From: a virus
Lineage: Duplodnaviria > Heunggongvirae > Uroviricota > Caudoviricetes
Virus record (IMG/VR): IMGVR_UViG_2698536480_000006
Reading direction: 5' to 3' (one strand)
Length of the DNA stretch: 7,256 bases
A program made the translations under genes and the position numbers. The notes under the pieces are model-generated. The model made no database searches. It saw nothing but the letters and a program-made list of their open reading frames with translations, and was not told the origin of the DNA. Below, piece after piece: positions 1 to 7,037 of the stretch; position 1 is the stretch's first letter, and each line of letters opens with the position of its first letter.

Positions 1-594
1 ATGCTTATTGGCTATGTACGCGTGTCAACAAGTGACCAGAACACGGAATTGCAGCGTAACGCGCTGGAGTGCGCAGGATGTGAGCTGATTTTTGAGGATA
101 AAATCAGCGGCACGAAGTCCGACCGACCGGGACTGAAAAAACTGCTCAGGACATTATCGGAGGGGGATACACTGGTAGTCTGGAAGCTGGACCGGCTGGG
201 GCGTAGTATGCGGCATCTGGTCATTCTGGTTGAGGAGCTGCGCGAACGCGGCATTAATTTTCGCAGCCTGACGGATGCTATTGATACCAGCACGCCGATG
301 GGGCGTTTTTTCTTTCATGTGATGGGTGCCCTGGCTGAAATGGAGCGAGAACTCATTGTCGAGCGGACACGCGCCGGACTGGAAGCGGCCAGAGCCAAAG
401 GTCGTATTGGTGGCAGACGTCCGAAACTCACCGCGAGTGAGTGGGAGCAGGTCGGACGGTTGCTGGCTGCGGGGGAATCTCGTCAACGCGTGGCACTGAT
501 TTTTGATATTGGCCTGTCCACGCTCTATAAAAAATTTCCCTCATCAGCGACAAAGAATAAATTGTGTCATCCCTTAGCCAACCGGGACAAATAG
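1..594 (+). CDS. Serine DNA invertase (site-specific recombinase, Gin/Hin/Pin/Cin family), 197 aa
   Basis: N-terminal MLIGYVRVSTSDQ motif with the catalytic Ser at residue 9; conserved resolvase/invertase core (GDTLVVWKLDRLGRS, MGRFFFHVMGALAEMERELIVERT); C-terminal HTH region (GRIGGRRPKLT...LSTLYKKFP). Very close to Mu Gin and E. coli Pin by recalled sequence. Window begins exactly at the ATG, so any upstream crossover site is not visible. Confidence 0.9.
   Translation: MLIGYVRVSTSDQNTELQRNALECAGCELIFEDKISGTKSDRPGLKKLLRTLSEGDTLVVWKLDRLGRSMRHLVILVEELRERGINFRSLTDAIDTSTPMGRFFFHVMGALAEMERELIVERTRAGLEAARAKGRIGGRRPKLTASEWEQVGRLLAAGESRQRVALIFDIGLSTLYKKFPSSATKNKLCHPLANRDK
84..108. repeat. Perfect inverted repeat GCTGATTTT-(7 bp)-AAAATCAGC inside the invertase coding sequence; candidate Fis-bound recombinational enhancer
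   Basis: Seen directly: 9-bp arms are exact reverse complements separated by tgaggat. It encodes the conserved ELIFEDKISG segment. Gin/Hin invertases carry their enhancer in the 5' part of the invertase gene. Confidence 0.4.
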
Positions 595-630
595 CCTGAC
601 ATCTCCGGCACAACTGAAAATATCACTCAC
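563..630 (+). promoter_or_regulatory. Candidate Ogr-dependent late promoter (PF-like) for the FI-FII-E-T-U-D operon, overlapping the invertase 3' end
   Basis: Positional inference: P2-type tail operons are transcribed from a late promoter just upstream of FI. Imperfect dyad TGTGTC...GGGACA (565..589) and a -10-like TATCAC (621..626) are present, but no exact TGT-N12-ACA element was found. Confidence 0.25.
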
Positions 631-653
631 CCATTAACCACGGAGTTAAACGG

Positions 654-1844
654 ATGAGTGACTATCATCACGGCGTGCAGGTGCTGGAGATTAACGACGG
701 CACCCGCGTCATTTCCACCGTATCCACTGCCATTGTTGGCATGGTCTGCACGGCCAGCGATGCGGATGCGGAAACCTTCCCCCTCAATAAACCGGTGCTG
801 ATTACCAATGTGCAGAGCGCAATTGCAAAGGCCGGTAAAAAAGGCACGCTGGCGGCGTCGTTACAGGCCATCGCTGACCAGTCAAAACCGGTCACCGTTG
901 TCGTACGTGTGGAAGACGGCACCGGCGAAGACGAAGAAACGAAACTCGCGCAGACCGTTTCCAATATCATCGGCACCACCGACGAAAACGGTCAGTACAC
1001 CGGACTGAAAGCCCTGCTGGCGGCGGAGTCAGTAACCGGTGTTAAACCGCGTATTCTCGGCGTGCCGGGACTGGACACCAAAGAGGTGGCTGTTGCACTG
1101 GCATCCGTCTGTCAGAAGCTGCGCGCTTTCGGGTATATCAGCGCATGGGGCTGTAAGACCATTTCCGAGGTGAAAGCCTACCGCCAGAATTTCAGCCAGC
1201 GTGAGCTGATGGTCATCTGGCCGGATTTCCTCGCATGGGATACGGTCACCAGTACCACCGCCACCGCGTATGCCACCGCCCGTGCGCTGGGTTTGCGTGC
1301 CAAAATCGACCAGGAGCAGGGCTGGCATAAAACGCTGTCCAACGTCGGGGTAAACGGTGTTACCGGCATCAGTGCCTCTGTATTCTGGGATTTGCAGGAG
1401 TCCGGCACCGATGCTGACCTGTTGAACGAGTCAGGTGTCACAACGCTGATTCGCCGTGACGGTTTCCGCTTCTGGGGTAACCGTACCTGCTCTGATGACC
1501 CGCTGTTCCTCTTTGAAAACTACACCCGCACCGCGCAGGTGCTGGCCGACACGATGGCTGAGGCGCACATGTGGGCGGTGGACAAGCCCATCACTGCAAC
1601 GCTGATTCGCGACATCGTTGACGGCATCAATGCCAAATTCCGTGAGCTGAAAACAAACGGCTATATCGTGGATGCGACCTGCTGGTTCAGCGAAGAATCC
1701 AACGATGCGGAAACCCTCAAGGCCGGAAAACTGTATATCGACTACGACTATACACCGGTGCCTCCTCTTGAAAACCTGACCCTGCGCCAGCGTATTACCG
1801 ATAAATACCTGGCAAATCTGGTCACCTCGGTTAACAGCAATTAA
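654..1844 (+). CDS. FI: Contractile tail sheath protein gpFI, 396 aa
   Basis: ORF of 396 aa, the P2 FI length; GGAG Shine-Dalgarno at 642..645; position immediately 5' of the tube gene; sequence recalled as the P2 FI family (MSDYHHGVQVLEINDGTRVIS...). Confidence 0.92.
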   Translation: MSDYHHGVQVLEINDGTRVISTVSTAIVGMVCTASDADAETFPLNKPVLITNVQSAIAKAGKKGTLAASLQAIADQSKPVTVVVRVEDGTGEDEETKLAQTVSNIIGTTDENGQYTGLKALLAAESVTGVKPRILGVPGLDTKEVAVALASVCQKLRAFGYISAWGCKTISEVKAYRQNFSQRELMVIWPDFLAWDTVTSTTATAYATARALGLRAKIDQEQGWHKTLSNVGVNGVTGISASVFWDLQESGTDADLLNESGVTTLIRRDGFRFWGNRTCSDDPLFLFENYTRTAQVLADTMAEAHMWAVDKPITATLIRDIVDGINAKFRELKTNGYIVDATCWFSEESNDAETLKAGKLYIDYDYTPVPPLENLTLRQRITDKYLANLVTSVNSN

Positions 1845-1856
1845 GGAGCCTGACCG

Positions 1857-2375
1857 ATGGCAATGCCGCGCAAACTCAAGTTAATGAACGTCTTTCTGAA
1901 CGGCTACAGCTATCAGGGCGTTGCAAAGTCCGTCACGCTGCCAAAACTGACCCGTAAGCTCGAAAACTATCGCGGTGCGGGAATGAACGGCAGCGCACCG
2001 GTAGACCTCGGCCTTGATGACGATGCGCTGTCAATGGAGTGGTCGCTCGGGGGCTTCCCGGATTCGGTTATCTGGGAGCTTTACGCCGCAACCGGTGTGG
2101 ATGCTGTGCCGATTCGTTTTGCAGGCTCTTACCAGCGCGACGATACCGGCGAAACGGTGGCCGTCGAGGTGGTCATGCGTGGTCGTCAGAAAGAAATCGA
2201 CACCGGCGAGGGTAAACAAGGAGAAGACACCGAGTCGAAAATCTCCGTGGTCTGCACCTATTTCCGGCTGACGATGGACGGTAAGGAGCTGGTCGAAATC
2301 GACACCATCAACATGATTGAGAAGGTGAACGGCGTCGACCGGCTGGAGCAACACCGCCGCAATATCGGCCTGTGA
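1857..2375 (+). CDS. FII: Tail tube protein gpFII, 172 aa
   Basis: 172 aa, the P2 FII length; strong AAGGAG RBS at 1843..1848 overlapping the FI stop; sheath-tube gene order. Confidence 0.92.
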   Translation: MAMPRKLKLMNVFLNGYSYQGVAKSVTLPKLTRKLENYRGAGMNGSAPVDLGLDDDALSMEWSLGGFPDSVIWELYAATGVDAVPIRFAGSYQRDDTGETVAVEVVMRGRQKEIDTGEGKQGEDTESKISVVCTYFRLTMDGKELVEIDTINMIEKVNGVDRLEQHRRNIGL

Positions 2376-2382
2376 TTTTCAT

Positions 2383-2403
2383 CCGGTCAGCCAGGCTGAC
2401 CGG
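2383..2403 (+). other. GC-rich stem-loop (CCGGTCAG-ccagg-CTGACCGG) in the FII-E intergenic region
   Basis: Seen directly: 8-bp perfect stem (extendable to 10 bp with a minimal loop). It is not followed by a U-tract on either strand, so it is not a canonical intrinsic terminator. Confidence 0.45.
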
Positions 2404-2431
2404 TTAACCCTGATTCAGAAGTGAGAAAACC

Positions 2432-2707
2432 ATGGACAAAGAAAATGTCATTACCCTGGAAAATCCGGTCAAGCGTGGTGAGCAGGTCATCGAACAGGTC
2501 ACGCTGATGAAACCCAATGCCGGGACGCTGCGCGGTGTCAGTCTGGCAGCGGTCGCAAACTCCGAAGTTGATGCACTGATTAAGGTGTTGCCGCGCATGA
2601 CGGCACCGATGCTGACCGAGCAGGAAGTCGCCGCACTGGAACTGCCTGACCTTGTGGCGCTGGCCGGTAAGGTGGTCGGTTTTTTGTCGCCGAACTCGGT
2701 GCAGTGA
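2432..2707 (+). CDS. E: Tail assembly chaperone gpE, 91 aa
   Basis: 91-aa ORF between tube and tape-measure genes, ending ...KVVGFLSPNSVQ*; contains the slippery heptamer near its 3' end. Confidence 0.9.
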   Translation: MDKENVITLENPVKRGEQVIEQVTLMKPNAGTLRGVSLAAVANSEVDALIKVLPRMTAPMLTEQEVAALELPDLVALAGKVVGFLSPNSVQ

Positions 2708-2859
2708 CGTTTCCGAAAAATCTCTCGGTCGATGACCTGATGGCGGATGTGGCAGTGATATTTCACTGGCCGCCATCAGAACTGTATCCCATGAGCCTGA
2801 CCGAACTCATCACATGGCGCGAAAAGGCGCTCCGGCGAAGCGGAAACACGAATGAGTAA
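2432..2859 (+). CDS. E+E': Tail assembly chaperone gpE+E', 142 aa, made by -1 programmed ribosomal frameshift at 2680..2686
   Basis: Hand translation: zero-frame codons GGT TTT TTG give the heptamer T_TTT_TTG; after a -1 slip the frame stays open from 2686 (VAELGAVTFPKNLSVDDLMADVAVIFHWPPSELYPMSLTELITWREKALRRSGNTNE) to TAA at 2857..2859. 85 + 57 = 142 aa, the P2 E+E' length. The stop overlaps the T start. Confidence 0.85.
2680..2686 (+). promoter_or_regulatory. -1 programmed ribosomal frameshift slippery site T_TTT_TTG
   Basis: Heptamer in the X_XXY_YYZ register relative to the E frame; same motif class as the conserved tail-chaperone frameshift of dsDNA phages. Confidence 0.85.
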
Positions 2860-5299
2860 CAATGTAAAATTACAGGTATTGCTCAGGGCTGTTGATCAGG
2901 CATCCCGCCCGTTTAAATCCATCCGCACAGCGAGCAAGTCGCTGTCGGGGGATATCCGGGAAACACAAAAATCACTGCGCGAGCTGAATGGTCACGCATC
3001 CCGTATTGAGGGATTTCGCAAGGCCAGCGCACAGCTCGCCGTGACTGGTCATGCACTTGAAAAGGCACGGCAGGAGGCCGAAGCCCTTGCCACACAGTTT
3101 AAAAACACTGAACGTCCGACCCGTGCTCAGGCGAAAGTGCTGGAATCCGCAAAGCGTGCGGCGGAGGACTTACAGGCGAAATATAACCGCCTGACGGATT
3201 CCGTTAAACGCCAGCAGCGGGAACTGGCCGCTGTGGGAATTAATACCCGCAATCTTGCACATGATGAGCAGGGGCTGAAAAACCGTATCAGTGAAACCAC
3301 CGCACAGCTTAACCGGCAGCGTGACGCGCTGGCGCGTGTCAGTGCGCAACAGGCAAAACTTAACGCAGTAAAACAGCGTTATCAGGCAGGAAAGGAGCTG
3401 GCCGGAAATATGGCCTCAGTGGGCGCTGCCGGTGTGGGGATTGCGGCGGCGGGAACGATGGCCGGTGTTAAGCTGCTGATGCCAGGTTATGAATTTGCGC
3501 AGAAAAACTCAGAATTACAGGCCGTGCTCGGTGTGGCAAAAGACTCCGCCGAAATGGCCGCGCTACGCAAGCAGGCGCGCCAGCTCGGCGACAATACCGC
3601 CGCCTCGGCGGATGATGCGGCCGGTGCACAGATTATCATCGCGAAAGCGGGTGGGGATGTTGATGCCATTCAGGCGGCAACGCCGGTCACGCTGAACATG
3701 GCGTTGGCAAACCGTCGCACGATGGAGGAAAACGCCGCCCTGCTGATGGGGATGAAATCTGCCTTTCAGCTTTCAAACGATAAGGTTGCTCATATCGGGG
3801 ATGTTCTCTCCATGACGATGAACAAAACCGCCGCCGATTTTGACGGTATGAGCGATGCGCTGACCTATGCCGCACCTGTGGCAAAAAATGCCGGTGTCAG
3901 CATTGAAGAAACCGCCGCAATGGTCGGGGCGCTGCATGATGCAAAAATCACAGGCTCAATGGCGGGGACGGGAAGCCGTGCCGTGTTAAGTCGCCTGCAG
4001 GCACCGACGGGAAAAGCATGGGATGCACTCAAAGAGCTTGGAGTGAAAACCTCAGACAGCAAGGGGAATACCCGACCAATATTTACCATTCTGAAAGAAA
4101 TGCAGGCCAGTTTTGAGAAAAACCGGCTCGGTACTGCCCAGCAGGCTGAATACATGAAAACCATTTTCGGGGAGGAGGCCAGTTCAGCCGCCGCCGTGCT
4201 GATAACTGCCGCTTCAACCGGAAAGCTGGACAAACTGACCGCTGCGTTTAAAGCCTCAGACGGGAAGACCGCAGAGCTGGTAAATATCATGCAGGATAAC
4301 CTCGGCGGTGACTTTAAGGAGTTTCAGTCCGCTTATGAGGCGGTGGGGACTGACCTGTTTGACCAGCAGGAAGGCACACTGCGTAAGCTCACGCAGACGG
4401 CCACAAAGTATGTGTTAAAACTCGACGGCTGGATCCAGAAAAACAAATCACTGGCGTCAACCATCGGCATCATTGCCGGTGGCGCGCTGGCGCTGACTGG
4501 CATCATCGGTGCAATTGGTCTTGTAGCCTGGCCGGTTATCACCGGCATCAATGCCATCATCGCGGCAGCAGGCGCAATGGGGGCAATCTTCACGACGGTT
4601 GGCAGTGCTGTTATGACCGCCATCGGGGCGATTAGCTGGCCGGTTGTGGCCGTGGTGGCTGCCATTGTCGCCGGGGCGTTGCTTATCCGTAAATACTGGG
4701 AGCCTGTCAGCGCATTCTTTGGCGGTGTGGTTGAAGGGCTGAAAGCGGCATTTGCGCCGGTGGGGGAACTGTTCACGCCACTGAAGCCGGTGTTTGACTG
4801 GCTGGGCGAAAAGTTACAGGCCGCGTGGCAGTGGTTTAAAAACCTGATTGCCCCGGTCAAAGCCACTCAGGACACCCTGAACAGTTGCCGTGACACGGGG
4901 GTCATGTTCGGGCAGGCACTGGCTGACGCGCTGATGCTGCCGCTTAATGCGTTCAACAAACTGCGCAGCGGTATTGACTGGGTACTGGAAAAACTCGGTG
5001 TTATCAACAAAGAGTCAGACACACTTGACCAGACCGCCGCCAGAACTCAAGCCGCCACGTATGGCAGCGGTGGTTATATTCCGGCGACCAGCTCTTATGC
5101 AGGCTATCAGGCTTATCAGCCGGTCACGGCACCGGCTGGCCGCTCTTATGTAGACCAGAGTAAAAACGAATATCACATCAGCCTGACGGGGGGTACTGCG
5201 CCGGGGACACAGCTTGACCGCCAGTTACAGGATGCGCTCGAAAAATACGAGCGGGATAAACGTGCGCGCGCCCGTGCCAGCATGATGCATGACGGTTAA
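2852..5299 (+). CDS. T: Tail tape measure protein gpT, 815 aa
   Basis: 815 aa, the P2 T length; N-terminal region rich in heptad-like charged/Ala/Leu/Gln sequence; Gly/Ala-rich hydrophobic segments at roughly residues 533..615; position after the E/E' chaperone pair. Confidence 0.92.
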   Translation: MSNNVKLQVLLRAVDQASRPFKSIRTASKSLSGDIRETQKSLRELNGHASRIEGFRKASAQLAVTGHALEKARQEAEALATQFKNTERPTRAQAKVLESAKRAAEDLQAKYNRLTDSVKRQQRELAAVGINTRNLAHDEQGLKNRISETTAQLNRQRDALARVSAQQAKLNAVKQRYQAGKELAGNMASVGAAGVGIAAAGTMAGVKLLMPGYEFAQKNSELQAVLGVAKDSAEMAALRKQARQLGDNTAASADDAAGAQIIIAKAGGDVDAIQAATPVTLNMALANRRTMEENAALLMGMKSAFQLSNDKVAHIGDVLSMTMNKTAADFDGMSDALTYAAPVAKNAGVSIEETAAMVGALHDAKITGSMAGTGSRAVLSRLQAPTGKAWDALKELGVKTSDSKGNTRPIFTILKEMQASFEKNRLGTAQQAEYMKTIFGEEASSAAAVLITAASTGKLDKLTAAFKASDGKTAELVNIMQDNLGGDFKEFQSAYEAVGTDLFDQQEGTLRKLTQTATKYVLKLDGWIQKNKSLASTIGIIAGGALALTGIIGAIGLVAWPVITGINAIIAAAGAMGAIFTTVGSAVMTAIGAISWPVVAVVAAIVAGALLIRKYWEPVSAFFGGVVEGLKAAFAPVGELFTPLKPVFDWLGEKLQAAWQWFKNLIAPVKATQDTLNSCRDTGVMFGQALADALMLPLNAFNKLRSGIDWVLEKLGVINKESDTLDQTAARTQAATYGSGGYIPATSSYAGYQAYQPVTAPAGRSYVDQSKNEYHISLTGGTAPGTQLDRQLQDALEKYERDKRARARASMMHDG

Positions 5300-5313
5300 G
5301 GAGGTGACGAAAA

Positions 5314-5793
5314 ATGATGCTCGCGTTAGGTATGTTTGTTTTTATGCGCCAGACGCTGCCACACCAGACCATGCAGCGTGAATCAGATTATCGCTGGCCG
5401 TCAAATTCCCGTATCGGTAAACGGGATGCCTTTCAGTTTCTCGGTGTTGGCGATGAAAACATCACGCTTGCCGGTGTGCTTTATCCCGAACTGACCGGCG
5501 GCAAGCTGACGATGACCACGCTCAGACTGATGGCAGAGGAAGGCCGGGCGTGGCCGTTGCTGGATGGTACCGGCATGATTTACGGCATGTATGTCATCAG
5601 CAAGGTGAGTGAAACAGGGAGTATTTTCTTTGCAGACGGCACACCCCGGAAAATTGATTTTACGCTGTCGCTCACCCGCGTTGATGAATCACTGACCGCG
5701 CTTTATGGCGATATCGGTAAACAGGCGGAATCGCTCATCGGTAAGGCTGGCAGTATGGCGACCAGATTCACGGGGATGACGAGGGCGGGATAA
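5314..5793 (+). CDS. U: Tail protein gpU (tail terminator/completion family), 159 aa
   Basis: 159 aa, the P2 U length; strong AAGGAGGTGA RBS at 5298..5307; stop codon shares a base with the D start (TAATG). Confidence 0.88.
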   Translation: MMLALGMFVFMRQTLPHQTMQRESDYRWPSNSRIGKRDAFQFLGVGDENITLAGVLYPELTGGKLTMTTLRLMAEEGRAWPLLDGTGMIYGMYVISKVSETGSIFFADGTPRKIDFTLSLTRVDESLTALYGDIGKQAESLIGKAGSMATRFTGMTRAG

Positions 5794-6956
5794 TGCTGGA
5801 TGCGCTGACATTTGATGCAGGCAGTACGCTGACGCCGGATTACATGCTGATGCTCGACAGCAGGGATATTACCGGCAATATCAGCGACCGTCTGATGAGC
5901 ATGACCCTGACGGATAACCGGGGCTTTGAGGCTGACCAGCTTGATATTGAACTGAACGATGCCGACGGGCAGGTCGGGCTACCGATTCGTGGCGCTGTCC
6001 TGACGGTGTATATCGGCTGGAAAGGTTTTGCCCTGGTATGCAAAGGGAAATTCACCGTTGATGAGGTTGAACACCGGGGCGCGCCGGATGTGGTTACCAT
6101 CCGCGCCCGGAGTGCAGATTTTCGCGGGACGCTCAATTCCCGCCGTGAAGGTTCATGGCATGACACCACGCTCGGTGCGATTGTTGAGGCGATAGCCTCC
6201 CGTAACAGGCTGGAAGCCAGTGTCGCTCCGTCACTGGCCGGAATTAAAATCCCGCACATCGACCAGTCGCAGGAGTCTGATGCGAAATTCCTGACCCGTC
6301 TTGCAGAACGCAACGGCGGTGAGGTGTCGGTAAAAATGGGAAAACTGTTGTTTCTCAAAGCGGGGCAGGGGGTGACGGCCAGTGGTAAAAAAATCCCGCA
6401 GGTCACCATAACCCGCAGCGACGGCGACCGCCATCATTTTGCGATTGCTGACCGTGGAGCCTATACCGGCGTAACGGCAAAGTGGTTACACACCAAAGAC
6501 CCGAAGCCACAAAAGCAGAAGGTAAAACTGAAACGCAAAAAGAAAGAGAAACACCTGCGCGCACTGGAGCACCCGAAAGCGAAACCGGTCACGCAGAAGA
6601 AAGCGCCAAAAGTACCGGAAGCGCGCGAAGGTGAATACATGGCAGGTGAGGCTGACAACGTTTTTGCCCTGACCACGGTATATGCCACGAAAGCGCAGGC
6701 CATGCGCGCCGCTCAGGCGAAGTGGGATAAGCTGCAACGGGGCGTTGCGGAGTTTTCCATCAGTCTGGCTACTGGTCGGGCAGATATTTACACGGAAACG
6801 CCGGTCAAAGTATCAGGCTTTAAGCGCGTCATAGACGAGCAGGACTGGACAATCACTAAGGTGACACATTTTCTGAATAATAGCGGCTTCACGACGTCCC
6901 TGGAGCTTGAGGTCAGGCTTTCTGATGTGGAGTACGAAACAGAAGATGATGAGTGA
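5793..6956 (+). CDS. D: Tail protein gpD (late control D family), 387 aa
   Basis: 387 aa, the P2 D length; ATG overlaps the U stop, consistent with translational coupling; contains a lysine-rich low-complexity segment. Confidence 0.88.
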   Translation: MLDALTFDAGSTLTPDYMLMLDSRDITGNISDRLMSMTLTDNRGFEADQLDIELNDADGQVGLPIRGAVLTVYIGWKGFALVCKGKFTVDEVEHRGAPDVVTIRARSADFRGTLNSRREGSWHDTTLGAIVEAIASRNRLEASVAPSLAGIKIPHIDQSQESDAKFLTRLAERNGGEVSVKMGKLLFLKAGQGVTASGKKIPQVTITRSDGDRHHFAIADRGAYTGVTAKWLHTKDPKPQKQKVKLKRKKKEKHLRALEHPKAKPVTQKKAPKVPEAREGEYMAGEADNVFALTTVYATKAQAMRAAQAKWDKLQRGVAEFSISLATGRADIYTETPVKVSGFKRVIDEQDWTITKVTHFLNNSGFTTSLELEVRLSDVEYETEDDE

Positions 6957-6974
6957 TGTTTTTATTTTATCTGT

Positions 6975-7003
6975 TTGTTTTATAAGGATAAATTAACTAA
7001 AAT
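6975..7003 (+). promoter_or_regulatory. Candidate sigma70 promoter for ogr (-35 TTGTTT 6975..6980, 17-bp spacer, -10 TAAAAT 6998..7003)
   Basis: Seen directly in the AT-rich D-ogr intergenic region; correct spacing, with GGAAGAGG RBS at 7022..7029 before the ATG at 7038. Confidence 0.5.
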
Positions 7004-7037
7004 GGCACCATCAACAAAACCGGAAGAGGTGCTCGCG

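Noticed and set aside
875-900. Partial palindrome TGACCagtcaaaaccGGTCA inside FI, superficially resembling a gix/hix half-site
   Set aside because: It lies within the sheath gene where a crossover site makes no biological sense, and it is a poor match to the recalled gix/hix consensus. I found no convincing invertase crossover site anywhere in the window.
808-1008. 66-aa highly basic + strand ORF in an alternative frame within FI; similar ORFs at 2014..2271 and 3489..3695
   Set aside because: Embedded out of frame in strongly supported genes; Arg/Lys-rich composition is what off-frame reading of this coding sequence produces.
2387-2776. Minus-strand ORFs of 129 aa and 120 aa overlapping gene E
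   Set aside because: Antisense to gpE/E' and partly overlapping the FII-E intergenic hairpin; no RBS and no recognisable protein family.
3865-4866. Minus-strand ORFs of 141 aa and 177 aa (3865..4290, 4333..4866) inside the tape measure gene
   Set aside because: Antisense to gpT, Ala/Ser/Pro-rich low-complexity translations and no translational signals; open only because of the Ala/Gly-rich coding strand.
5840-6409. 189-aa ORF on the minus strand, plus minus-strand ORFs at 6231..6437, 6461..6703 and 6486..6737
   Set aside because: All lie entirely antisense to the well-supported gpD gene and have low-complexity Ser/Arg/Phe-rich translations and no RBS; they are typical antisense-frame artefacts, the last two arising from the purine-rich lysine-coding tract.
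6900-6975. Possible intrinsic terminator after gpD (T-rich run at 6958..6970)
   Set aside because: The only preceding stem (TTCTG...CAGAA, 5 bp with a 15-nt loop) is too weak and too far from the T-run; the T-richness is better explained as the AT-rich ogr promoter region.
6975-7037. N-terminal 21-codon extension of ogr given by the ORF track
   Set aside because: No RBS; it overlaps the predicted ogr promoter; the Ogr family protein is 72 aa starting MFHCPLC, which has a proper RBS.
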